A stretch of 64,000 nucleotides of DNA, from the NCBI GenBank assembly GCA_977017645.1, contig OZ360232.1:78058001-78122000 (forward strand), given 5' to 3'. Position numbers and translations under genes: made by a program. This DNA is from Torpedo marmorata (lineage: Eukaryota). Positions 51,726 through 64,000 of the stretch are shown piece after piece (position 1 is the first letter of the stretch; each line of letters opens with the position of its first letter). Below the pieces are notes generated by a model. The model saw nothing but the letters and a program-made list of their open reading frames with translations, had not been told where the DNA came from and did not search any database.

Positions 51726-52101
51726 CAGTGGTTTTCAAACTGCCCCCCCTAAACTCACATTCCACCTTAAGCAATCCCTATGCCATAAGTGCTCTGTGAT
51801 TAGTAACGGATTGCTTAAGGTGGTATGTGAGTGGAAAGAAAAAGTTTGAAAACCACTGTTTTAATCGTACCTAATTGACTCGTTATGTGCACGGTTTCAT
51901 AACTCCAAAGGAAATGGGCCAATGACAATTTTTCTCAAGCAAAATATTTCAGTAACAATTGGGTCTAGAGCAGTGGTTCTCAACCTTCCCTTCCCACTCA
52001 CATACCACCTTAAGCAATCCCTTACTAATCACAGAGCACTTATGGTATAGGGATTGCTTAAGGTGGAATGTGAGTTTAGGGGGGCAGTTTGAAAACCACT
52101 G
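51726..52101. mobile_element. Composite hAT (Charlie/MER5-like) MITE
   Basis: Outer TIRs CAGTGGTTTTCAAACTGCCCC, 8-bp TSD ATTTAGAT/ATTTAGAC; two inverted sub-units at 51726-51858 and 51971-52101. Confidence 0.9.
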
Positions 52102-52600
52102 ATTTAGACTATATACTGATGAGGATAGTCAAATAGGAGTGGGAGGATTTTCCTGTGGGCCAGCGCTGGCAAAATGGCCCACGGCGATATCCTCTTTTTT
52201 ATGCGTGGATTGTGCCATATGGAATTAGTCCTTTCACATTAAGGTGGTTCAGTTTGATTTTAACTGCAGTGCCAATAGTGGTGCTGCAGTTGATCTTCAT
52301 GCTCCTGCAGCTGGGATTAGAACTAAGCAGCTCTGCCACCCACCCCCACCACCCCCCACCCCCCCGTCCATGACTCACTATCCAGTGAAAGGCGAAGGAA
52401 AGGCATGAACTATGTATGCATCAACCAGATTGCTGTTAAACTGAAAAAAAAACAGGAAAATTACAATTTGAGAGAGTACTTTGCCAAGCAGAAACATAGA
52501 AAAAGAATCAAATATAGGCCATTCAGTCCCTTGTACCTGTCCTACTTTGCAATAAAATCAAGTTAATCTTTTATCTTGACACCACTTTCTTGTAGGAATC

Positions 52601-53425
52601 TCAGATTTCCGATTTATCGTCAGAGTACATACATGACATCACATACAACCCTGAGATTCCTTTTCCTGCGGGCCAGGCAGAATTACCACTAGTTGGTAGT
52701 GCAAAAAAAACTGTACACAGTGTATACATGTAAACAAATAAAGAACTGTAAACAGATAACGGATGTAAACAAACTGACTGTGCAATACAGAGAGAATAAA
52801 AAAGAAAATCAATAAAGTGCACAAGTAAGAGTCCTTAAATGAGTCTCTGATTGAGTTTGTCGTTGAGCAGTCTGATGGTGGAGGGGTAGCAGCTGTTCCT
52901 GAACCTGGTGGTGCAAGTCTTTGTGGCACATATATCTCTTTCCTGATGGCAGCAGTGAGAATAGAGCGTGTGCTGGGTGGTGAGGGTCTTTGATGATTGC
53001 TGCTGCTCTCCGACGGCAGTGTTCCCTGTAGATGTACTCAATAGTGGGGAGGGTTTTGCCTGTGATGTCCTGGGCTGTGTCCACTACCTTTTGGAGGGCT
53101 TTCCACTCAGGGGTATTGGTGTCCCCATACCAGACCGTGATGCAGCCGGTCAGCACACTTTCCACCACACCTCTGTAGAAATTTGCCAGGGTTTCTGGTG
53201 TCATACCAAACCTCCGCAAACTCCTGAGGAAGTAGAGGCGCCGACGTGCTTTCTTCACGATGCCAATGGTGTGTTGGGTCCAGGAAAGATCCTCCGAGAT
53301 AGTGACTCCCAAGAACTTAAATTTGCTTACCCTCTCCACCTCTGATCCCCCAATGATCACTGGATTGTATACCTCTGGTTTTACTTTCGTGAAGTCAACA
53401 ATCAGCTCCTTAGTTTTGGTGACAT
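52601..53425 (-). mobile_element. Rex1/Babar-type LINE 3' fragment
   Basis: VERVSKFKFLGVTISEDLSW...KKARRRLYFLR..FYRGVVESVLT..IKDPHHP; tail TGACGATAAATCGGAAATCTGA. Confidence 0.9.
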
Positions 53426-53567
53426 TCCTTTCCTTTCCTCATATCCTTTAATATATAAAAACAAGAGTGAGAGTGGGAGAGTGTGAAGAGAGAGGTAAGA
53501 AATAAGACGAATTGGCCCTAAAATATTAATGTAACAAATACATGGGGATGTTGATAATTGCTATATG

Positions 53568-53705
53568 ATACCTTGAAGAAGGGCTCAGGCCCGAAATGTT
53601 GGTTATATATCTTTATCTCCTATGGACACTACGACCTGCTGAGTTCTCCAGCTTTTCTGTGTTTTTACGACAATCACAGCGTCTGCAGACTTTTGTGTTT
53701 CACTC
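53568..53705 (+). mobile_element. Penelope-like terminal repeat with hammerhead-like core
   Basis: CTTGAAGA-A-GGGCTCAGGCCC-GAAA; sister copy at 46882-47010. Confidence 0.65.
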
Positions 53706-54340
53706 TTGGTGATTAATACGCATACCAGTCGATTTAGGCAGGAGAGGTGCCCGTTTTATTTGGCCTGCAGCAAATTGCCAACCAGGCAGAAATAGTTTTG
53801 GATGCAAAAAGCAGTTAATAAAATAACTTTCACTAAATGGAATTGCTATATATTTTGTTTATAAAAAAATTCCCATTAAGTGGCAATATAGAAATGTCTG
53901 TAACAAGAGCGAAGAACATAATTAGCATGTAAAAGTCAACTTGTGAGAATTGACTAAGTTAAAAGAGAATGATTGATCTAGACAGAGAACAAAGATCTTC
54001 CTGGTAACAATATGAAGGGAATAAAAACGGGTGTGTGCTGATAGTCAAAATATCAACTTCCAGGAAACCATGCAAGTCATGAGATTGAAAGAACGTCCAA
54101 AGAATAAACAGATGAAATGAATACCTATTACCAAGTATGTTTGTATTCTGGATTTGCAGTAAGCTGCAGCTTTTGATCATCAAGGTAAGGAATTAGAAGC
54201 AAATTTCAGATTTTCTCTACACCTTGTCTGATATTGACCAATTTATCAATCATCTAAAAGAAAATATTTATACATTGTAGCCAACCAATGATTTGCAAGA
54301 AATAATTTCCCACGGCAATTGGAAATGTTGAATTAGTAGT

Positions 54341-55674
54341 GTGGGCTGCCTCAACGACTACCGCCCAGTAGCACTAACTTCTACTGTGATGAAATGCTTT
54401 GAGAGGCTGGTCATGGCCAGAATTAACACATACCTAAGCAAAGATCTGGACCCACTGCAATTCGCCTATCGCCACAATCGCTCCACAGCAGATGCAATAT
54501 CGCTGGCTCTCCACTCAGCTCTGGATCACCTCGAAAACAGCAATTCATACATAAGGCTGCTCTTCATCGACTACAGCTCGGCCTTCAATACCATTATTCC
54601 CTCAGTGCTGGTCAAGAAGTTACAAACTCTAGGACTCTGTACCCCCCTCTGCAACTGGATCCTTGACTTTCTCATTGGAAGACCACAGTCAGTACGAATT
54701 GGAAACAACGTCTCCTCCTCACTGATTATCAACACAGGTGCACCCCAAGGATGCGTGCTTAGTCCACTGCTCTACTCATTATACACTCATAACTGTGTGG
54801 CCAGGCACAATTCCAATGACATCTACAAGTTTGCCGATGACACCACAGCTGTCGGCAGAATCACAAACGGCAATGAGGAAGCGTACAGGAGGGAGATAGA
54901 TCAGCTCGTTGAATGGTGTAATGGCAACAACCTTGAGCTCAACGTCAGCAAAAACAAGGAGATGATTGTGGACTTCAGGAGGAAGCCAGGGGAACACGAC
55001 CCAGTCCTCATCGAGGGCTCAGTCGTGGAGAGGGTCAAGAACTTCAAATTCCTGGGTGTCAACATCTCCGAGGATCTGTCCTGGAGCATCCACGTTGATG
55101 CAATCACAAAGAAGGCTCGTCAGCGGCTATACTTTGTGAGGTGTCTGTGGAGATTCGGTATGTCGCCAAAGACTCTCCTAAACTTCTACAGGTGTACTGT
55201 AGAGAGCATTCTGGCTGGTTGCATCACTGCCTGGTATGAAGGCGCCAACTCCCAGGACAAGAGTAAACTCCAGAGGGTTGTTAACTCGGCCTGTGACATC
55301 ACAGCCACCAAACTTCACTCCATCAAGGACATCTACATGAGGCGGTGTCTTAAAAAAGCAGCCTCTATCCTCAAAGACCCCCACCACCCAGGCCATGCCC
55401 TCTTCACTCTGCTTCCATCGGGAAAAGGTACAGGAGCCTAAAGACGAGCACTCAACGGCACAAGGACAGCTTCTTCCCCGCTGCCATCAGATTCCTGAAT
55501 AATCAATGAACCAAAGATACTGCCTTACTTTTCATGCACTATTGTTTATAATTTTTTATAGTAATGTCGTTAGATGGTTAATATGAATGTTAATTGCACT
55601 ATGATGCTGCCGGAAAACACCGGATTTCATGACTTGTTCATGACAATAAATTCTGATTCTGATTCTGATTCTGA
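54341..55674 (+). mobile_element. Rex1/Babar-type LINE, 5'-truncated, with nearly intact RT domain (ORF 54341-55441)
   Basis: [39 protein letters not shown]; apparent frameshift near the C-terminus; tail TGACAATAA(ATTCTG)4. Confidence 0.93.
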
Positions 55675-56119
55675 CTTTCTGTAAGATGCAGGAGATGTTT
55701 GGAAGACCCAATAAGTTGATCCACAACATTTCTGTTTTTGAGCATGCTTGTGTTGGGATGTTTCTGTGTGCACACATTCACACATTTATTTGACAGATGT
55801 CAGGCCTTCTGTCAATCTGTCAAGGCTGTAAATAGTTTAATTTACATCACGCATTGGAATGATTCTTTCTGACACTGTAGTATTTTTTGTGTTTGAACAA
55901 TACATAAAAGTTTCTGGAGAGAAATTCTTGCTGCTGTTAAAGTTAAAATCCAGATCAAGCTATTAAGACTAATGATATAACTGTAAACAGGAACCTGAAT
56001 TTCATATTGCAAAACTAATTCTGTCTTTTCCAGCTTCTGTGAACAAGCAAACAGACATTTTGTAGATAATAGAGTTCAGTTTGATTACTTAGTCTTTTTG
56101 TCGCAGAGGTATGGAGTGA

Positions 56120-57768
56120 CATAACAGGGAAATAGACCATTTGGCACACCAAGTCTGTGCTGACTATCAACCAGCTATTTGAATTAATCCTAAATTAATT
56201 CAATTTTTATCAACTCCTCCTGGATTCTGCAATTCACTTACATACTAGGGGCAAAATACAGTGGCAAATTAACCTACACCTGTGTGTCTTTGGGATCTGG
56301 GAGAAAACCAGAGCCCTCATGGAAAACCCAAGCGGGCACAAGGAGAATGTGCAAAAAATTAATATCAACAAAAAAGAAAAATTCGCCTATTTTTAAACAT
56401 TTGTTAGAAATATGGAATAAGACGGATAAGGAAATAGGAGCAAAAGGATTGATTTCTTCAAGGATGCCTTTATATCAAAATGGACTTATTCCATTTACTA
56501 TTAATAATCAATTATTTAAAATTTGGTTTCAAAAAGGAATTAAGAAGATTAATGATTGTTTTGAAGCTGGGAAATTTATTACCTTTCAAAGAATGAAAGA
56601 TAAATTTAATATATTAGATAATACACTTTTTGCTTATTATCAAATTAGAGCTTTTTTGATTGAGAAATTAGGTTATGCTTTGATTTTGTCAAGACAAAAT
56701 GAATTGGAATTATTAGTTACTAAAGGAGATGTTAATAAATTTATTTCTCAAATGTATAAATTGTTTCAGAGGAAAATGCCTAAAGTAGGAATGCATAAAT
56801 CAAGATTAAAATGGGAATTAGATTTGAATGTAAGAATAGATGAAAATCATTGGAAAGAATTATCTAAATTAAGTATGACGACGATTATTAATGTTAGATA
56901 TAGATTAGTTCAATACAATTTTTTTCATCAATTATATTTAACACCTAAAAAATTAAAGAAATTTAATCCGACATTATCAGGTTTAGGTTTCAGATGTAAT
57001 AAAGAAGAAGGATCTTTTGTACATTCTACATGGTTTTGTCCAAAAGTTTATGATTTTTGGTTGAAAGTTAAAAGTTTTTTAGATAAAGTATTTAAAATTA
57101 CGTTTCCAATGGATCCTATGATATTTTTGTTTGGAGATATTAGAAAATTTAGTATTAAGATGAAATTGAATATGTATCAAATAGAATTTTTGCGAATTGC
57201 TTTAGCTGTTTCAAAGAAATGCATTGCTATTACTTGGAAATCTGATTTAGATTTAGGATTAGAAAGATGGCATGCAGAACTTCGTTCATTTATACCACTT
57301 GAAAAAATTACTTATAATTTACGTAATAAATATCATTTCTTCTTAAAAATTTGGAGCCCATATATGAGAGCTGTTGGCTTAAGAATTTGAGGATCTCTGG
57401 GTATTGGATCTATTGGCATACTTGACCTCCATAATAGAAGTAGTTTATAGATTGGCATTCCCCTAACTCTATTTTTCTCTTTCTTTCTCTTTCTTCTTTT
57501 TCTATTTTTATTTTCTATTTTTATTAGATTAGTGGGATTGGGAGGGTTGGGGAGGGGAGGGAGGGAGGGGGGGTGAAAATGTATCACAAATAATTTCATA
57601 ACTGTATATTTTAATTTATGTATTTTGTGATTTAAAAATTTTAAATAAAATATTTTTTTAAAAAAAGGAGAATGTGCAAAGTCTACACAGGCAGGTCCCA
57701 AGGACAGGATTGAGGCTTGGTCTCTGATGCTGCAAGGCAGTGGCTCTACTAGCTGCACCACTGTGCTG
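56120..57768 (-). mobile_element. tRNA-derived SINE split by the L1 insertion
   Basis: Head GCACAGTGGTGCAGCTAGTAGAG at about 57765 and body/tail at 56120-56355 rejoin across the TSD. Confidence 0.7.
56356..57664 (+). mobile_element. L1-clade LINE 3' part (ORF2 C-terminal Cys-rich region plus 3'UTR), inserted into a SINE
   Basis: TSD AAGGAGAATGTGCAAA at 56340-56355 and 57665-57680; open frame to 57390 including CNKEEGSFVHSTWFCP; AATAAA and A tail. Confidence 0.92.
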
Positions 57769-60700
57769 TTGTAAAATTAAATAACATTGAATTACATTAA
57801 ATCCCATTAGAAAGTGGATGCCATGCAATATAGAAACTATTCAATGTACGTTTCATGTCCCTTATCTTTACATTCATGTTCAATTTGATCTTCTGAAATA
57901 TGCTTTTTTGCCTCTCCTATTCTTTGATTAAATATTATCAATTTATTTTAAATATATGTTAAAGTTCATTGATTTTTTTAAACTTGGAAACATTTGATTT
58001 TTGAAAATAACCGTCCTTGGCACTTGGGGAGAGTGTAAGTGAAACCGTATTCATCAAGTTAATGTCCCATATGAGGGAAACCACAGGCATTTCACAAGGT
58101 ACCGATACATTTTAAGATATACTCCATCTCATGTTGTGGTGTTTGGCGAATAAAAGGGAACAGTTTGCCAAATATTTATTTAATGATTAATGTTAGAAAC
58201 GAATGTTTCTTTTTGTTTTTCAAGTGTTATCTTTGTAAATGTGGCAGCAGAGCCCAGTTTGGTATAAAACCTGACTGCAAGTAAACATTCCATGTAGGTT
58301 AACAGGAATGTTATTGCTTCAGAAAGAACAATTTATTTATAAATGTTGACAATCTGAAGCACATTGATTCTTAGTCATATGAGACTGTAGTGGAGACAAT
58401 GTCATGTGATTGAATTATTGAAATTGCTATCATTCAATTCTAATTGTCTCCCACTCTTGGGAAATTCCATGAGAATTGAGTTCATATGCTTGTTGTTATT
58501 TTGTTGTGATGGTGACCTGCACTCATATACATATGTACAATCCTTTGAACATATGCCATATGGCTTTTAAGTAACTTTCATGCATGCACAGTTTACACAC
58601 AAATTAAGGAGCCCAGTGACGTGTTCATTCCCTACATCTGAATGAGACAGCTGAACGTCAGAGAATAGTAGTGTCATTTTGTTTATGTGTCTGTAATGGG
58701 TCAAAGCTTTTACTAAGCCTTACTAACCTTCTTGCACCTAGGTAGCACAGATCTTTCAGCATAATGTACCTTTAGTATTGTAAACTCCATATGAGGTTTG
58801 AAGGTTAATTTAATTACTGTGATTCTCAAGGCTCAGTACATTCCTAAATAATGTAACTTAACTTACTGTGGATCAGAGTACCCGAACCTACATCAGGTTT
58901 ACTAGAAATTAATACAATTACAGCTGTACCTTGCACAGTATCCCAGGAATGAAAGTGCTACTGGAATCAGCACTAAAATGGGCCATTATAGCATCATTGC
59001 AGGCGATGCATTAGTCACCTTAGTCTTGTGCCAAGGTCCTGGCACAAACTCTTGATCTCTGCTGCTTCATGATGCTGTGCCAGGAGTTTGGTGCTGAGAA
59101 CCTGCTGCACTGTCCTTCCTGGCCTTTCTGCTGTGGTATCCAGTTGTGCTGGGAGATTGGCATCAACCCAAGAATGAATCGGCCCACCATCTGATGCAGA
59201 GAGACTGCCCATGAGGGGTGGTGTTGGAGGGGCTGAGGTGAGTTGTCCTGTCCTCTCTGCGCCCTGGCTGGCACAGTGAGTGCATGCATTGCTCTCTGTT
59301 TTGGCAGGAGTCCCAGATCCCACGGTGTCTCTCATCATCTCCTTTTGGATATTCATCACCTCCTCTTGGATGTGTTGGAAGCTGGTGTCATTTCCTCCCC
59401 AGCCCAGAGATTTCCCCATCCTTATAATCTCAATGGCCAGTGACCACAGCTGAGCTTGTTATCATTGAGAAACAAGGAGGAGGGCAGACAGGTGCTTCTA
59501 TGACACCCACTGGGATGTAAAGAAAGAGATGGTCTGTCAACACATGGAGTAGGTACTACCAGTCCCCTGCAATGCTCACATTCACGTGTCAGTCACATTG
59601 CAGCCCTGAGCCCCACACATCAGCACTGAACACCCCAACCCATCCAACCACAGTCTCACAGCCACCCTTGCCACACCACACCATGGGCTAATCCATTTCT
59701 GGGGGAGCACCAGTGGAGAGCACTCAGGTTCCAGGCACAGCAGAGCAATGCATGGGCAAATGACTTCTTTAAAGTATGCGGGATGTGTGGTGTTGGGACT
59801 GGTGGACCTTGAGCACTATAATAGATCTGTGGATTAACCCTAAGAGGCAAACCAATGTAATTTTTTATAATTCCTTTCAAGCACCCGATCTCTTCCATCG
59901 TATGTTCCTTCAGAATAAAGATTTGGTATTCTTGCTGTAAATTACATGGAGAACCTAGCCTTCTTAGCAACTTGTGAAAAATGTCCTTAGCCAATTTAAA
60001 TGGGAGCTGGGTTATTTGGTCCAAAGAGTGGTCATGACATCTGAAGTCCTGATCGAACCCAACTCAATGTCCCTCGGTACCATCATCTCCCATTCCTCAA
60101 GATACCCCTCCCCCCCACAACTGTTGTTATTGGCAACCCACACCTAAATGTTTTGTGTATGTAAGGCCATCCTGTAATATATGATGCCTTGGGGTTTGTG
60201 TGGTGCTGCAGGGCAACTGGTTTCATGTGTCTGCAAAATGTGGAAGATGTACTTAGATATACTTAAAAATTAATGAAGGCGTGATAGCTGCTTCATGGTG
60301 AACAAGTGCATGTTTTATTCGTGGCCAGTCACTGAGAGTTCATCCATGCATCCAACAGATAAGTTGCATGCTGTGAGTTAGTACTTCCCATGTCTTGGCT
60401 CCTCTGTACTTTCATGACTCAGACTTGCATTAATGTGGAGTTATAATGCAATTTTTAGGCTATTCTTTTTTTGATTTTACAAATAAAAACCAGATAATTT
60501 TCCTATTTTTCTATTCTAAAACCTATAAATCACTGGTTAAGTCTCAGTTGGAGGATGGTGTCCATTTCTGGCACTGGTCTATTGCTAATAGAGAAACATT
60601 TGGCTTTCTATGGCACCTTCCATGACCTCCCACTCCAAACTGCATTTCAGCCAGTCAAGCACTTTTGAGTAATATGGCTGCAATAATTTGCACTGCAAAC

Positions 60701-60959
60701 TGCAACAAACAGCAATTTGATAAGAGACAAAAGAGTTGTTCTTTTGTGATGTTGAATGAGGAAGAACGTTAAGGATAACCATTTCATTTTTCTCATTTGA
60801 GAGCCGTTACCTGACACTAAAGCACAACCTCAGTGCTGCTTGGATGGTCAGTTCTGATTTGTGCTTCTTTTTCTGGTAAGAATGCTGAAAAAAGTACTTG
60901 AACAATATGAGTGATGAGTGACTTCAGTGGAGAAAAGGATGAGTGAAGTTTGGATTGTT

Positions 60960-63603
60960 CTTGGAAGGGGTAGTGTAGCTCTGTTGGTAAGGAATAACAT
61001 TACATCATTAGAAAGATGAGACATAGGATCAGAAGATATAGAATCCCCATGGGATGAGTTAAGAAATGTCAAGGGTAAAAAGACCCTTAGTTATATGCAG
61101 ACCTTTAAACAGAAGCCGGGATGTGGACAACAAATTACAATAGAAAATAGAAAAGGCGTGTCAGAAGGGCAATGTTATGGTAGTCATGGGGGATTTTAAC
61201 ATGCAAGTTGATTGAGAAAACCAGGTAGGGACTGGATCTCAAGAGAGAGAATCTATAGAATGCCTATGAGATGGCTTCTTAGTACAGCTTGTGGCTGAAC
61301 CTACCAGGAAAATGGCAATTCTGGATTGGGTATTGTGTAATGAACCAGTGTTGATAAGGGAGCTGAAGGTAAGGGAACACTTAGGAGGTAGTGATCACAA
61401 TATGATAGAATTTGTCCTGCAATGTGAGAGGAAGAAACTAAAATCAGATGTGTCAGTATACCAGTGGAATAGAGGGGACTGCAGAGATATGAGAGGGGAA
61501 CTGACAAAAGTTGATGGGAAAGATACACTAGCAGGGATGACAGCAGAGCAGCAATGGCCAGAGTTTCTGTGAGAATATTCCAAAAAAAGAAATATTTGAA
61601 TGGAAAAATAACACAACTGTGGCTGACAAGATAAGTCAAAGCAAAAATAAAGGCCAAAGAAAGGACATACAAGGAAGCAAAAAACAGTGAGAAGATAGAG
61701 CACTGGGAAGCTTTTAAAATCATACAGAAGGTACCTAAGAATGTCATTAGGAAGGAAAAGATGAATTTTGAAAGGAGGCTAGCAAATAATATCAAAAAAG
61801 ATACTAAAAGCCTTTAAAGTATATTAAGAGCAAAAAGATCCAAGAGAGGAGAGAGGATTAATAGAAAATGACGCTGGAGAAATTGTAATGGGAGACAAGG
61901 AGATGGCAGAGGAACTGAATGAGTATTTTGCATCAGCCCTCACATTTGCAGTATACAGGACTTTCGAAGGTGTCAGGGAAGAGAGGTAAGTGCAGTCACG
62001 ATCACCAGAGAGAAGGTGCTTGGGAAGATGAAAGGCCTAAGGGTACATAAGTCTCCAGGACCAGATGGAATGCACTCTCGGGTTCTGAAAGAAGTAGCAA
62101 AAGAGATTGTGGAGGCACTAGTAATGATCTTCCAAGAATCAATAGATTCTGGCATGTTTTCGGAGGACTGGAAAATTGCAAACATCACTCCGCTATTTAA
62201 AAAGGGAGGTAGGCAGCAGAAAGGAACTTATAGACCTGTTCGCCTAACATCGATGATTGGGAAGTTGTTAGAGTCGATTGTCAAGGATGAGGTTACGGAG
62301 TACCTGCAGGTGCATGACAAGATAGGCCAAAGTTAGCGTGGTTTCCTTAAGGGAAAATCTTGCCTGACAAACCTACTGCGACTTTTTGAGGAAATCACAA
62401 GCAGTCTAGACAAAGGAGATGCAGTGGATGTAGTAGATTTGGACTTTGAAAAGGCCTTTGACAAGGTGCCGCACATGAGACCACTTCACAAAATGAGAAC
62501 CCATGGAATTACAGGAAAGTTACTAGCATGGGTAGAGCATTGGCAGGAAACAAATAGTGGGAATAAAGGGATCCCATTCTGTTTGGCTACCGGTTACCAG
62601 AGGTGTACCGCAGGGGTCAGTGTTGGGGCCATTTCTTTTTACGTTGTATGTTAATGATTTTGATAGTGGAATAAATAGCTTTGTGGCTAAGTTGGCAGAA
62701 CATACAAAGATAGGTGGAGTGGCAGATAGTGAGGAGGAAATAGAAGGGCTGCAGAGAGACTTAGATAGATTAGGAGAATGGGCAAAGTAGTGGGAAATGA
62801 AATACAATGTTGGAAAGTGTATGTTTATGCACTTTGGTAGAAGGAATAAAAGGGCAGACTATTATTTGGATGGGGAGAAAATTCAAAATTCAGAGGTGCA
62901 AAGGGACTTGGGAGTCCTCGTGCAGAATACCCTAAGGTTGACCTCCAGGTTGAGTTGGTGGTGAAGAACACGAATGCAATGTTGGCATTCATTTCTAGAG
63001 GAAGAGGTTATAAGAGCTGGGATCTGATGTCGAGGCTTTATAAGATACTGTTGAGGCCTCACAGAGTACGGGGCACAGTTTCGGGCTCCTTAATTAAGAA
63101 AGGATGTGCTGGCATTGGAGAGGGTTCAGAGATGATTTACGTCTGATTCCTGGAATGAAGGGATTAGCATATGAGGAACGTTTGATGGCTTTTTGATAGT
63201 TCTCCTTGGAGTTCAGAAGAATGAGGGTGGACCTCATAGAATGTTGAAAGGCCTGGACAGAGTGGATGTGGCAAAGTTATTTCCCATGGTAGGGGAGACC
63301 AGGACAAGAGGGCACAAATTCAGGACTGAAGGGCGCTCATTTAAAACAGAGATGCAGAGGAATTTCTTTAGCCAGAGAGTGGTGAACCTCTGGAATTTTC
63401 TACCACGGGCAGCTGTGCAGGCCAGGTCATTGAATATATTTTAGGCAGAGATTGATAGCTATCTGAATAGTCAGGGTATCAAAGATTATGGGGTGAAGGC
63501 AGGGGAGTGGGGCTGAGTGGGAGAATGGATCAGCTCATGATGGAATAGTGGAGTGGTCTTGACAGGCCGAATGGACTACTTCTGCTCCTATATCTTATGG
63601 CCT
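60960..63603 (+). mobile_element. CR1 LINE ORF2 (APE endonuclease plus RT), decayed, with 3' end
   Basis: VVMGDFN, EPTR..AILDWVL, LGGSDH, KSPGPDG, YRPV.LTS, DFEKAFDKVPH, GVPQGSVLGP, TRGH; many stops; tail CTGCTCCTATATCTTATGG. Confidence 0.93.
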
Positions 63604-63690
63604 AAGAGAATGTTCAGACATTTAATTTTCAGGCTCAGAATTATAAGGGATCTGATAACATTGATAGGGATAAAGGACTTCTCTTTAACA

Positions 63691-63985
63691 GGTCGAGGAG
63701 GTGGCAGTGTCGGAGATTGGAGCCGACCAGTGGTGGAGGGGCGACCTGAGGTGAGTACTTAAACAAAGTACTTACCGAGGCTCGGGCCTAGTTGGTTCGG
63801 GCGAGCGGTCGAGGAGGCAGCAGCGTCGGAGATTGGAGCCGACCAGTAGAGGAGGGGCGACCTGAGGTGAGTACTTAAACAAGGTACTTACCGGGGCTCG
63901 GGCCTAGTTGGTTCGGGCGAGCGGTCGAGGAGGCGGCAGCGTCGGAGATTGGAGCCGACCAGTGGAGCAGGGGCGAACTGAGGGT
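63691..63985 (+). repeat. 116-bp GC-rich tandem repeat (about 2.5 copies), possible LINE 5'UTR monomers
   Basis: GGTCGAGGAGG recurs at 63691, 63807 and 63923; the two full units each contain GAG|GTGAGT. Confidence 0.85.
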
Positions 63986-64000
63986 GACTGGGTTAACTAG

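Noticed and set aside
56284-56355. N-terminus of the 368-aa ORF
   Set aside because: Derived from the host SINE upstream of the TSD, not part of L1 ORF2
59015-60024. ORFs of 122-134 aa as host exons
   Set aside because: No recognisable domain or splice structure; probably decayed repeat sequence that I cannot classify

Overview
Vertebrate genomic DNA, most likely a cartilaginous fish (ray/skate-like repeat complement; the taxon is inferred, not shown). The only host protein-coding gene I can support is the two-exon cardiac homeobox gene nkx2-5 on the minus strand (CDS 11835-11517 + 9789-9179, 309 aa). It has a CArG/GC-box/CCAAT promoter and a repeat-poor upstream region with GATA/Smad/T-box/Meis motif clusters. 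The rest is mobile-element DNA: L1, CR1 and Rex1/Babar LINEs, Penelope remnants, tRNA-derived SINEs, a young 5'-truncated Gypsy element with an open gag-pol frame, hAT and Tc1/mariner MITEs, foldbacks and minisatellites. The most notable signal is a group of non-autonomous retroelements sharing one Rex1/Babar-type 3' tail, including a 5S-rRNA-headed SINE and a GC-rich ORF-less element. Also notable are a twin-primed (5'-inverted) L1 with a 17-bp TSD and a nested palindrome. No prokaryotic-type system (CRISPR etc.) is supported. Boundaries of decayed repeats are approximate, and no database searches were run.
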